Assembly (NCBI RefSeq): GCF_032191835.1 | Contig: NC_083234.1 | Coordinates: 1,736,001-1,800,000 of the forward strand | Source of the DNA: Heteronotia binoei | Lineage: Eukaryota | Direction: 5' to 3' | Length of the DNA stretch: 64,000 nt | Part shown: in pieces, positions 11,901-23,699 of the stretch | How positions within the stretch are numbered: position 1 is the first letter of the stretch | How the letters are laid out: each line of letters begins with the position of its first letter | Position numbers and translations under genes: made by a program | Notes under the pieces: generated by a model | Seen by the model: only the letters and a program-made list of their open reading frames with translations | Told to the model about the DNA's origin: nothing | The model's database searches: none

Positions 11901-14900
11901 GGCGCGAAGACCCCGCCCTGAAGCCTCCAAGGTTGGGCCCCGCTGCCTGCCGGCCTGGGCGGGAACAGCCACCGGCGCTCCCAGTGCAGGTCCAGGGAAG
12001 GGAAGGGGGGGGGGGTTTAGTTCCTTGACCACTGCCCGGTTCGCTGCCTGCTGGCCAGAGCCTGAGGGGAGAGGCAGGTTGAGGATGCCCCTCCCTCCTT
12101 TCCTTTCCTCTCCTGTCCCCTCCTGTCCTGTCCTCTCCTTTCCTTTCCTCTGCTCTCCTCTTCTCTCCTTGCCTTTCCTCTCCTCTTTTTTCCTCTCCCT
12201 TCCGGTGAGGGGGCACTCAGAGGGCCACTCCCTTGTCAGAATGCAGGTGCTCAGCTGCTCCTGGGGCTCTTGTGTGATTTGGAGGGGGGGGGGTCGCTTC
12301 TTCCAAGGGTAATTCACCAGATGGCCTTTTCCTGCATGGCCAGAGGACCCCTCCCCTTCTCCTGGGCACTTGTCTTCTGCAGCTCTTGGAAGGAGAGGAC
12401 TCTGCGCTCCCCCCCTCCCGCTCAGGCAGGCCCTGACCAAATTCTGCTGGGAAGTTCTCCTGCCTGACTTGAGGCCCTCTGATTTCCCCAGCAGCAGCTC
12501 TGCAGTTGTGGAACCTGAGCCTGTCTCTCTCCGGCAATGACTTGTGGGTGACTCTGGGGGAGGTCTACAAAGAGCTGCACCTGGGCAGGTGGGGCCACTA
12601 CCAAGTCTATGTCCGGAGGGAATCCAACGACACCCAGGTGAGGCTGCAGCAGAGGAACCCTTGGCCTTGGGGTGGTGGGTGTGTTCTTGGCAAGGCTCCA
12701 TCCAGCTCCCCGTCCTAGCCCGGCTTTCCTTCTGGAGGACCCCCCCAGGCCTTCTCCTTTTTGCCCAGAGGAGCCTTGCCCTGGGGGGGAGGGGCAGGGG
12801 GGTCTCCAAGGAGGCAAAACCAGCAGCCCACGAGGTGGGAAAGCTGCTGCCGGAGAGAGGAGCATCACACCCTCCTGGCCCCTCCGCCTTCTGCCCCACA
12901 GTACATGCTGGTGCAAACCAACCGGAGGTTTAAGCTGCCTGAGGTGTTGTGGGGTGAGCGGTACTGTGTCAGCGCGGAGCTCCACCTGCCCTCCTGGCCC
13001 AATCCTCCCCATCGGACAGAAGAGCAGTGCATCTCGACCCCTCCCCCAACCGGTGAGTCTGCAGCCCGAGACCCCAGGGCCACCCCCAGCCTCCTGGCCA
13101 GGGCCTGCCATCCAGGACAGAGCAGGAGAAGGACAGGCGGGGTCTCTTCTTGCCTGGCTGAAGGGGACACCGTGCATCCACTCCCTCCCCCCTCCTCCCC
13201 TTGGAGTTTTCTGCACGCTGCAGGAGCCGGCGCTGCTCAGAGGTTGGGAGGAACTGAGTGGCAACCCCAGATGCTGCAGCACAGTCTCTGGCTCTGTCCA
13301 TCTGTCCTTCCCAGCCTCTCCGGCGGCTGCCTCCTGGCTCCCTTCCCCCAGCAGCTGCGCCCGGGGCCCTCTTCTCCAGGCAAGGGGCTGGCCAGCCTTC
13401 TCGCCTGCTGCAACGGCCTGTGTGTGACACTCTGTTTGCAGACAGCGGCAGGGCCACGGCCATCCTCGGCTTGACCCTTCTCAGCCTGGTGGCTCTTGGC
13501 ACGCTAGCAGTGGCCTGGGGCTGTGCTTATGTGAAGAAGCCCACGGAGACCCCGTCGGTGCTGGTAAGTGCTTCCCTTGCTGCGGCCTCCAGCTTCTGAG
13601 GCCAAGCAGTCAGCCCACAGGGGGCACTAGAAGGCGGCCACCTGCCTCCCAGGCCCTGGCCGGGTCCTCAAAGCATCCCTCTCGCCTTGCTGTTCAACAG
13701 ATCCTTGTGTTGTTCTTTTGGAAACATCCAGAGACCAGCTTGCAAAGTAAAGATACGAGATACCATCATACCAATAATAGCCATTATGTTGGCAACATGA
13801 AAACCAGCCAGGAGCAAGAAACAAGGCGCCTGGTCCCTGACCACAGTGAAGGATCTGGCAGCAATAATTCCTAACATTGATGATTGTTGGAAATGCCCAT
13901 TTCTGACTGCTGTTGGGACATCTTGCTCTCTGGCGTGTCAGTTCTTGAGCAGCAAGAGGGGCAGAGAGAGGAAACAGTGATTGTGGTTTTTAAATCATTA
14001 TTTTACTTACATTGTAAGGTGCCTTGATTTCCACAAGGGAGAGAGGTGACTGATAGATGCTAAATCTTGATAAATGCCTGACAGGGCTGTTATCCAACCG
14101 ACGTTCCTGTGGAACACGATCCTCTCACTTAGCCTTTCTCTGCACAAGGTTTCCACAAAGCATAGTACCATCTCAGTAGCTTGGAGAGGGCTTGCTACAT
14201 TTCTGTAAGTGCAGAGCCTGTGTTTGAGGAAGCGACTCCATTCGTTAGGGCTGAGCCTGATAAAGAGGGGCAAAGCTTGGCTTGTACTTGTCAGGCAGGC
14301 ACAGCTGCGCAGGCGGAGGGTGGACACAACCCGAGGCTTCCACAGAGAGAGAGACAGACAGACAGACTCCACGATAGGCAGCTTTCCTGCTTGCCTCTTT
14401 GGCAGGAGGGCTGTGTTGCAGAGCCAGATTAACAATTAGGCCAAATAGGCACTGGCCTATGGGCCCCCATGCCTTTAGGAGCCCCAGGCCAGTTTCCCCC
14501 CTCCTTGCAGCCCTCCCAGCCTGCACATGCAGCCAGCAAATGAGCCGTTCTTTGCCCAACTTGCCTGGCGTGGCATCGTTACCCAGTTTGCCTCTCCCCC
14601 CCCCCTCAGCTTAGTCAAAGGGGCTTTTGAGAAGGGGCCTGCAGGCTGCAGCAGGGCAGGGGTCAGACTCTGAGGTAATGGGGGGGGGCTGGGGCCACCA
14701 CAGGGTTTAATCCACGCTGCTGCGTTCTGAAGGAACTGAGGGGGGCGGGTCTGCATCAAATAGCTCAGTTTCTGCTTCTGAGGTCAGAACTCTCTTTGGG
14801 TTACTGAGCTGGGATTTGGGCATTAAACTTCAGGACTTTTGCTGTCATGTCAAACAATTGTCTACATGTGGCCCCGCTTGGGGCTGTTATAATGAATGAA

Positions 14901-16297
14901 GATCCTGTGAACTGAGGGGGAGGGATTTGTGAGTTTCCTGCATTGTGCAGGGGTTGGACTAGATGACCCTGGAGGTCCCTTCCAACTCTGATTCTATAAC
15001 TGTTGGTCACAAGCGACAGGGTGATATTGAAAACTATACGTTTGGAGAGTACATGATATATTCACATTGTATATGTTGTAGAAAGATGGATGTTTCAGAA
15101 TTATATCTACACATAATTACTGTGACACACAGATCTGAACAAATGTATTTTATTACAAATCAGTCCAAGGGAGAGCTCCCTTCCTGGCATTTGTGTCCAC
15201 TCCCTTGTGACGTCCAGGAGAGGGCTTCCACACACATCCCAGCAGCCAGCAAGAAGCCGGCAAGACTAACCTTTCCCTTTTGTTGCTGCCAGAAATCTCT
15301 CCAGAAGCAGACTTCCCTGGCACCGTGGCGGGAGCCCTGGCCCCTTTGGATGAGCGGCGGGGGTCTGTGCTTGGAAGAAGCGGAGTCCATCCATCCCATT
15401 TCCCTGGGGCTGAAGACCCACCCCCACCCAGCCACTGTGAGCCAGCCCAGCAGAACAGCCTGGCCAGTTCCAGAGGAGGGGATGTGCCGGAGGCCAGAAG
15501 CCTTCGCCAGCAGCAGGGCAAGCAGCCCCCGGCTCCGAGACCTGCTGGACAGCAGTGGCTGCAGCACTGACAGCGGCATCTGTCTGCAAGACCCGCTGGG
15601 CAGCCGCCATGGCCTCCTTCTGCCCACGGGACCCTGGGAGCATGGGGGACTCCTGCTGGAAAGCAAAGGAGAGGGGGTCATCCGGAAGGAGCAAGAGGAG
15701 CAGTTGCTTGGGGCAGCGTCCCCTGCCAGTGAGGCGGAGCTCGTGGGCCGGGACTCAGAAGAGGCGCTGACGCAAGCGAAGCCATCCCCCGCGCAGGTCC
15801 CCGGGCACCAAAGGCAGGCAGGGGCCCCAGGGGTGGCAGCTCTGGGCTCTTCCAGCTGCCCGCCCAGCTTCGAGAGCATGGCCCACTCCCAGCAGGTCTC
15901 CGTCTCTGGCTACTTGAAGCAGGCCTCGGTGGCCGTCCCCTCTGCCCCTGTGGCCCCACAGGCAGGCCTGCGGTCCTCCCTTGGCAGCACCCACCAGGGG
16001 CAACAGCAGCACCTTCTGTTCAGCACAGCCCTGCCAGGGGGCTTGGAGTTCCCCAAGGCCCTTCTAGCTTCCAGCTTCCTGGAACAGCAGGAGCCCCTCT
16101 TGCGCGCCAGTGCACCCTCGGCCTGGACCTTCCCTGGCACCCCGTGTGACGAGGACTCTCTCCAGAGACATGCCTGGAGGAGGAGGAGCCATGTGGTGGG
16201 TGGCAGAGAGGAGGAGTGGGTGGGACCTCTGAGTTGCTTTGACCCACTTCCTCTTCCTGCTGGGGGCACTCTGCTTTTGTGCCGCTCAGAGACCTGA
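11076..16297 (+). CDS. IL10RA: Interleukin-10 receptor alpha (class II cytokine receptor), 6 coding exons, about 615 aa
   Basis: Exons 11076-11314, 11389-11576, 12495(or 12492)-12637, 12902-13052, 13442-13563 and 15293-16297, all GT-AG and in frame. Signal peptide MRPPAAPLLLLLLL; FNIII D1 (LLLW..YEVQ..YG..W..C..CDLT..YYARVRA..SPW); D2 (YCVSAE..RTEEQCI); TM; Box1 TPSVL; cytoplasmic STDSGICLQ and GYLKQ. Exons of 151 and 122 nt match the recalled human exons 5 and 6. Branch site GACTAAC at 15264-15270. Confidence 0.93.
12091..12203. repeat. Degenerate (CCTCT/CCTTT/CCTGT)n pyrimidine microsatellite in an IL10RA intron
   Basis: Pentameric periodicity visible in the sequence. Confidence 0.8.
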
Positions 16298-17534
16298 AGG
16301 CAGCAGCTGCCCGAGGAGGAGCCTCTTGCAGTCAAGTGCGCATCGCATCTTGCAGCTCTTCCACACCTCCTGTGCGGCTCCCGGAGGTCAAGGAGGAACT
16401 CCAGGCAGGCCTACTCTCCTGTAAGCATGGCAGCACTGGGACCTCCGTCAGCCTCTGCAGGCTGACCCATAGGGAGGCGACTCTTTCCATCACGTGTGAA
16501 GCAGGGAAGTAGGAAGGCTTTGGGAGGTTGCCTGGAGACCTAGAGCAGGGAAAGAGTGTGCAAGAGCCGAGAGGGAAAAGCAAGTGTGTGGGATTCCCGC
16601 CCTTCCCTGCTGGACAGATGGGGTGACCCAAACACAGCCACACAAGCGAGATCGAGAGCAAGGAGGGAAGGAAGGAATAGGAGAGGGTGAGCGCCAGTGA
16701 GAGCCACGATAGTGGCAGGGCTGGGGAGAGGATGATGGCTGCCCCCACCCTTCCTCCGCATGGAACACCAGGAGGGCCAGGGGCAGGCCCTGAGCTGCAG
16801 CACCACTGATAGCAGCAGACGCTTGACTCCCCCCCTTGGTGCAGGCCTGGTAGCCAGGGCTGTGACCAGCGAGCGAGGCCCTTGTCCCAACAGCTTTGCA
16901 GGCCTGCTGAGCAGGAGGGAACTGCTGCACCTCCATCTTGCACTGGGCTTTAGAAGTAAGAGGGTTCACTAGTCTCCCGCCAGGTGCAGAAGCAGCAGTG
17001 AAGTTGTGCTGCCCCTTGGTTCACCTGTGATAACACCTTGCACCTTTTCTCCCCACCCCCCCACCCCCACGTTAGGCCATCCCACTGGAAGGAGGGAGGG
17101 AAGTAAAGAGGATGGTGTGGAGCTCTCCCTGAGTTTCATAGCTCTTTTAGGAGCTGTATTTACTAACCTTGGTGTCAAGGCAGAGAGAGAAGCATAAGGA
17201 TGCAAATGGTGGTCAGTGGTTTATATGGTACAAGTATGTTGCCTTCTCCCATTGGTGCCAAAAAAACAATTCCCTGACCTTTCCCTCTGCTGGCCCTCTG
17301 GGGACTGTTATTCCCAGCTTTTGTTTTTCAAAAAGTCTCCTCCTAGCATGGTTGTGTGGTAAAGTGCAAACAGATGTATTTTATCTTTCTGTGCAAAGAA
17401 AGTATTAAGAGTTTTAATTAAGACGTGTGTGTGTGTGATATTTGTTCATGTCTTACAGCTCTCAAACATCTGACATTTATTCTATGTGGCCCTAGAGGTC
17501 CCTTTCAACTGTATGATTTTATGATTCTATAACA

Positions 17535-17709
17535 GGGATAAATGTAAAGTTCTGCATATAGGTAGGAAAAATCCAATGCATGGTTATAGGATGGGGGAGA
17601 CTTGTCTTAGCAGTAGTATGTGCAAAAAGGATCTAGGGGTCTTAGTGGATCATATGCTGAACATGAGTCAACAGTGTGATGTGGTGGCTAAAAAGGCAAA
17701 TGCAATTTT
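17535..17709 (+). mobile_element. CR1 LINE (RT C-terminal region), left part of an element split by a nested insertion
   Basis: aaatgtaaagttctgc..gatctaggggtcttagtggat..cagtgtgatgtggtggctaaaaaggcaaatgcaatttta. The expected continuation resumes at about 20660. Confidence 0.85.
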
Positions 17710-18143
17710 AAGAACATAAGAGAAGCCATGTTGGATCAGGCCAATGGCCCATCCAGTCCAACACTCTGTGTCACACAGTGGCCAATAGATATATATCCCC
17801 TCTTGAAGCTGGCTATGCTTGTAGCCGCCGCCACCTCCTGTGGTAGTGAATTCCTCATGTTAATCACCCTTTGGGTGAAGAAGTAGTTCCTTTTATCCAT
17901 TTTAACCTGACTGCTCAGCAATTTCATCGAATGCCCATGAGTTCTTGTATTGTGAGAAAGGGGAAAAGGACTTCTTTCTCTATCCCACGCATAATCTTGT
18001 AAACCTCTATAATGTCACCCCACAGTCAACATTTCTCCAAGCTAAAGAGCCCCAAGAATTTTAACCTTTCTTCATAGGGAAAGTGTTCCAACCCTTTAAT
18101 CATTCCAGTTGCTCTTTTCTGGACTTTTTCCTTTTTGAGGTGC

Positions 18144-18175
<32 letters not shown>

Positions 18176-20655
18176 AGACCACACCATTGATTTATACAGG
18201 GGCATTATGATACTGGCTGATTTGTTTCCAATTCCCTTCCTAATAGTTCCCAGCATGGCGTTGGCCTTTTTTATTGCACAATCGCACACTGTCTTGACAT
18301 TTTCAGTGAGTTATCTACCATGACCCCAAGATCTCTCTTGGTCAGTCTCTGCCAGTTCACACCCCATCAACTTGTATTTGTAGCTGGGATTCTTGGCCCC
18401 AATGTGCATTACTTTGCACTTGGCCACATTGAACCTCATCTGCCACGTTGACGCCCACTCACCCAGCCTCAACAGATCCCTTTGGAGTGTCTCACAATCC
18501 TCTCTGGTTCTCACCACCCTGAACAATTTAGTGTCATCTGCAAACTTGGCCACTTCACTGCTCACTCCCAACTCCAAATCATTAATGAACAAGTTAAAGA
18601 GCATGGGACCCAGTACTGAGCCCTGCGGCACCCCACTGCTTACCGTCTTCCACTGCAAAGATTGCACATTTATATTCACTCTCTGATTCCTATTAATTAG
18701 CCAGTTTTTGATCCACAAGAGGACCTGTCCTTTTACTCCATGACTCTCGAGCTTACTAAGGAGCCTTTGATGAGGAACTTTATCAAAAGCTTTCTGGAAG
18801 TCAAGGTAAACAACATCTATTGGGTCCCCTTTGTCCACATGTCTGTTCACCCCCTCAAAGAACTGTAACAGGTTAGTGAGGCAAGATCTTTCCTTACAGC
18901 ACCCATGCTGAGTATTCCTCAATAACTTGTGTTCATCAATGTGCCTACTCATTCTGTCCTTGATAATGGTTTCTACCAACTTTCCCGGTATAGAAGTCAG
19001 ACTGACTGGCCTGTAATTTCCCGGATCTCCTCTGGAACCCTTTTTAAAGATGGGGGTGACATTTGCTACCTTCCGGTCCTCAGGAACGGAGGCAGATTTC
19101 AATGAAAGATTACATATTTTTGTCAGGAGATCCACAAGTTCAACTTTGAGTTATTTCATAACTCTTGGGTGTATGCCATCCGGACCTGGTGACTTATTAG
19201 TTTTTAATTTGTCAATCAGTTGTAAGACCTCCTCTCTTGTCACCTCAATCTGACTCAGGTCTTTCAACACCCCTTACAAAATTAGTAGTTCTGGAGCAGG
19301 CAAACACTTCTCATCTTCCACAGTGATGATGGAGGCAAAAAATTCATTCAGCTTCTCAGCCATTTCCCTATCCTCCTTCAGTAATCCTTTTACCCCTTGG
19401 TCATCCAAGGGCCCCACTGCCTCCCTTGCTGGTTTCCTGCTTCTAATATATTTGAAGAAATTTTTATTGTTGGTCTTTATGTTTTTTGCAATATGCTCCT
19501 CAGAGTCTATTTTTGCCTGCCTGATCACAGTCTTGCATTTGATTTGCCACAGCCTTTTATTAATCTCATTTGGACTAGCTTTCCACCAATTAAAGGAGTC
19601 CTTCTTACCTTTTACAGCTTCCATTACTTTGTTAACCATGCAGACCTTTTCTTATACCTGTTTGTGCTTTCCTAAGTTGTGGTATATATTTTATCTGCGC
19701 TTCCAGGATTATCGTTTTAAATAGCCTCCAAGCTTCCCCAAGGGTTTTGACCGTATTTACCTTTCCTTTCAGTTTCCTCTTCACATGCCTCCTCATCTCA
19801 GAGAATTTACCCCTTTTAAAGTTAAACGTGGTCATGCTGGTCTTTTGGGGCAACTCCCTATTTATACAAATAGTGAAATCAATAACACTATGGTCACTGC
19901 TCCCAAGCGGTGCAATCACTTTTACATCTCTCACCAAGTCTTGGGCAATACTTAGGACTAAATCCAGGATCACCCCACCCTGGTAGGTTCTGTGACCATC
20001 TGCTCCATAGCACAGTTATTGAGGGCATCTAGAAACTCAATCTCTTTCTCTTGACCGGAACACATATTGACCCAATCAATCTGCAGGTAGTTAAAATCAC
20101 CTATTACGACACAGTTTTTATGTTTAGCCACTATCTTTAATCCTTCCATCATATTATAATCATCCTCTATCTTTTGATTTGGTGGGCAATAACTCCCATA
20201 ATTAAATTTTCTTTTGGGCCCTCTATTTCGACCCAAAGCATTTCTAGAAGGAAATCTAATTCTCTGACCTCAGTCTCAGTGGACTGTATACCCTCTCTGA
20301 CATACAGAGCCACCCCACCTCCAACCCTTCCCCAGCAACCACAAACTCAAAATTTTCAGCAATCACACAGTCACACAAACAGAATTTCTCAGCAACTTCC
20401 CCAGCTGTTTAGAAAACCAAACCTCACCCTTATAGCACTTCTTATCTGCTCTCTCTCAGAGCTCTCTGAAATGTGCTCAGCCTCTGGCAAGGCGCAGCTT
20501 AATCATGCAAAGAGGATGGGGCCTCAGTCTGCCCCAGGAACACAGTCACTCCTAATCAATCAGCAACAATCACCTTCAACCCTCTCAAAACAAACAAACA
20601 GCAGTTTCCCAGCAACCACAAACTCAGAATTTTCAGCAATCACACAGTCACACCG
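17710..20655 (-). mobile_element. CR1 LINE, about 2.95 kb: 5' monomer repeat, frameshifted ORF2 (APE endonuclease + RT) and 3' UTR
   Basis: Minus frames give [65 protein letters not shown] and LEYCVQFWSP. The 3' end is ...ccaacatggcttctcttatgttct. Confidence 0.95.
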
Positions 20656-20659
20656 TGTG

Positions 20660-21490
20660 CTGTATCAACAGAAGTATAGTGGGCTGTATCAGTGGCCTGT
20701 ATCAAAAGAAGTATAATGTCCAGATTACATGAAGCGATGGTATCGCTTAACTCTGCTCTGGTATGATCTCCCCTGAAGTATTGTGTTCAGTTTTGGGCAC
20801 CACATTTTAAAAAGGATATAGACAAGCTGGAACAGGTCCAGAGGAGGGTGATGAAGATGGTGAGGGGTCTGGGGACCAATTCCTATGAAGAAAGGTTGAA
20901 AGAGCTGGGGATGTTTAGCCTGGAGAGGAGGCAGCTGAGAGGTGATATGATCACCATCTTCAAGTACTTGAAGGGCTGTCATATAGAGGATGGTGTGGAA
21001 TTGTTTTCTGTGGCCCCAGAAGGTAGGACCAGAACCAATGGGTTGAAATTAAATCAAAAGAGTTTCCAGCTCAACATTAGGAAGAACTTCCTGACAGAGC
21101 AATTCCTCAGTGGAACAGGCTTCCTTGGGAGGTGGTGGGCTCTCCTTCCTTGGAGGTTTTTCAACAGAGGCTAGATGGCCATCTGACAGCAGTGAAGATC
21201 CTATGAGTTTAGAGGGAGGTGTTTGTGAGTTCCCTGCATTGTGCAGGGGGTTGGACTAGATGACCCTGGAGGTCCCTTCCAACTCTTCTTTGATTCTAAC
21301 AGGCTTCCTCCTCGGGAGGTGGTGGCCTCTACTTCCTTTGAGGTTTTTCAACAGAGGCTAGATGGCCATCTGACAGCAGTGAAGATCTTGTGAATTTAGG
21401 GGGAGGTGTTTGTGAGTTTTCTGCATTGTGCAGGGAGTTGGACTAGATGACCCTGGAGGTCCCTTCCAACTTTACGATTCTATGATTCTC
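20660..21490 (+). mobile_element. CR1 LINE 3' part (right part of the split host) with a duplicated 3' end
   Basis: ORF 20848-21174 [31 protein letters not shown]. The 3' terminal ~184 bp occurs twice (starts at 21114 and 21298). Confidence 0.92.
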
Positions 21491-22694
21491 TTACATTAAG
21501 CAAGTTTGGCCACCCTGTCCTGAGAATCTCGCTTCTCAGGCATCTGGGGGGGCAGCTACTTTAATGAGTTGGTTCTGGATTTCCCTGCAGCCACACAGCA
21601 GCTCTGGGGGATGTCATGGGGAGATGCTCACTGGCAGAGCATCTCCAGGCAGGAAGTGACAGGAGAGACCCAGAGAGCCAGCTGTGTCCAGTTCAGTTGA
21701 AGCAGCTTCAGGTCTGTGGCCACCTGGAAAGCCCCCAGTGGCTGCCTCTGGCCGGCCTCCCCCAGCGCTTCCCTCGAGTCCTCCAGGGGAGGGGAGGAGA
21801 GGGGAGGGTTCCTTGGCAATCAGCGGAGATGGCTTCTCTTATGTTCTTATGACTCCTGTGGAGTATTGTGAGTGGCTGCTGCTCCCCAGGTTAACTGCTT
21901 CTGCTCAGGAGAACGGTGGGAGAAAGGCTGGAGCCCCCCCCCCCACCATGCCACGTGGTGGTGGGGGTTAGTATGGCCAGGGAAGGAGAGGGTTGGAGCA
22001 CTTCATCCCAGTCTCCTGGGGAGTCCTGCATTGCTGGAGGGGTGTGGAAGGTGGTGGGCAATGATAGCCATGGAGTTCTTTGAGGTCTGTGTCTCATCTT
22101 GCCTCCAAAGTGCTCCAAGCAGTACTGGGATGATCTGACCCCCGCCCCCCTCGCCCCAAATGGCTTGCTGCTTCCCCAGCCTCTGGCCTTCTGCTGGGAG
22201 GGAGGAAGAGCTCTCCTGGCTCTGCGGAGACCACCCCAGTGCCAAACACTGCGACTTCCTCACCAACAACACCCCTTGGTTTCATTAAAGGTGTTTTTAC
22301 TGAATAAGCAAAGGCAGGGCAGGCAAACAGGTCTTGCTGGAACTGAGTCCATGGCTCCCACCCACCCGGAGATACTGAGGGTCCCTCTGTCACACTGTTC
22401 AAAAGCTAAAGCACCCAAAAGCACCTTTCCACCACCCCCCCAAAAAGTAATGCAAGCCCCCCTAACCGAGCAGAAAGGAAACTGTGAGAGTCTCTGTGAA
22501 GGAGAGAACTTCCGGGGGCTGATACAGACTCAACAGGCCAGCGACAGGTCGGTCCCACACAAGAAGCAGCCTTCTTCTCCCCCACCCCCAGCTTCATGGC
22601 AAGAGGAGGCACGCTTGACACCCAACCTGCCCCTGTGGTCTTTGGCACTGCCCCCCCCCCCCCCATGGCTGGCTCTGTCCTGTGCCACATGTGC

Positions 22695-23663
22695 CATGGC
22701 TAGGTGGCTTAGGCTGAGTGGACTGAAGCTGAATCCGGCAAAGACAGAGGTCCTTTGCTTGGGTCGTCGTGGCCCGGGAAGGGAAATCCCCCTGCCAGTC
22801 TTCGACGGGGCGCCGTTGACAGTGGCGCACAGGGTCAAGAGTCTGGGGGTACTATTGGAGCCTTCACTGACAATGGAGGCTCAGATAGCAGCCACTGCCA
22901 AGTCTGCATTTTTTCATCTTAGGCGGGCGAGACAGTTGGCCCCTTTCCTGGAGCACGACGACCTAGCAACGGTGATTCATGCTACGGTCACCTCGAGGTT
23001 GGACTACTGTAATGCCCTCTACATGGGGCTGCCCTTGTGCCGAACCCGGAAGTTGCAGTTAGTGCAGAATGCCGCTGCCCGGCTGTTATTAGGGCTCCCA
23101 AGGTGGGAGCACATTCGGCCGAGGCTTTGGGATCTGCACTGGCTGCCAATAATATTCCGAGTCTGGTACAAGGTGCTGGTCATTACCTTTAAAGCCCTAT
23201 ATGGCCTAAGACCTGCCTACCTTAGGGACCATCTCTCCCCACACGTTCCCCAGAGAGTACTGAGATCGGGTTCGCAAAACCTGCTAGTAATCCCCAAGCC
23301 AAAGGAGGCCCATCTGAAATCCACCAGGGATCGGGCCTTCTCGGTAACAGCGCCTTACTGGTGGAACCAGCTGCCGGAAGAGGTGAGGGCCCTGCGGGAC
23401 CTAGGGCAGTTCCGCAGGGCCTGCAAGACAGTCCGCTTCCGGCTGGCCTATAACTAATTGACACTGAGAATTTTTGGATGGAGCTAGAGTGCATTCTGAC
23501 AGACCGCTGGTTTTTATGTCCTATGTTTTATTAATTTATTGTTTTAACTGTTGCCATGTAATTGTTTTTAAGCCAAACCTATGTAAGTTTAATATGTTCT
23601 AAGCCGCCCTGAGCCACCTCGGTGGGAAGGGCGGGATATAAATCAAAATATAAATAAATAAAC
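22695..23663 (+). mobile_element. L2-clade LINE, 5'-truncated, open RT C-terminal frame and complete 3' tail
   Basis: LKLNPAKTE, SRLDYCNALY, LVQNAAARLL, LHWLP and RAFSVTAPYWWNQLP. Tail gccgccctgagcc..gggcgggatataaat..aaataaa. Confidence 0.92.
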
Positions 23664-23699
23664 ATGTGTGCGGAGGAGGGACTCAGCCCTCCCTCCCCC

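Noticed and set aside
11454-12899. 481-aa minus-strand ORF and the many other 150-430 aa ORFs in GC-rich zones (for example 48428-49714, 52840-53934, 52952-54085)
   Set aside because: They are low-complexity G/P/R/A translations expected where stop codons are scarce, with no domain motifs. Many are antisense to real exons.
13690-14440. Hidden gene in the last IL10RA intron (ORFs 14007-14435 and 14181-14432)
   Set aside because: No recognisable motif or consistent splice structure. It is more likely a decayed repeat.
14963-15292. N-terminal part of the 444-aa ORF as coding sequence
   Set aside because: It starts in a CR1 3' end and is intronic. The real exon begins at the branch-point/acceptor at 15293.
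22099-22694. 452-aa ORF as a novel gene
   Set aside because: Only the part from about 22695 is L2 reverse transcriptase. The upstream part is chance open frame.
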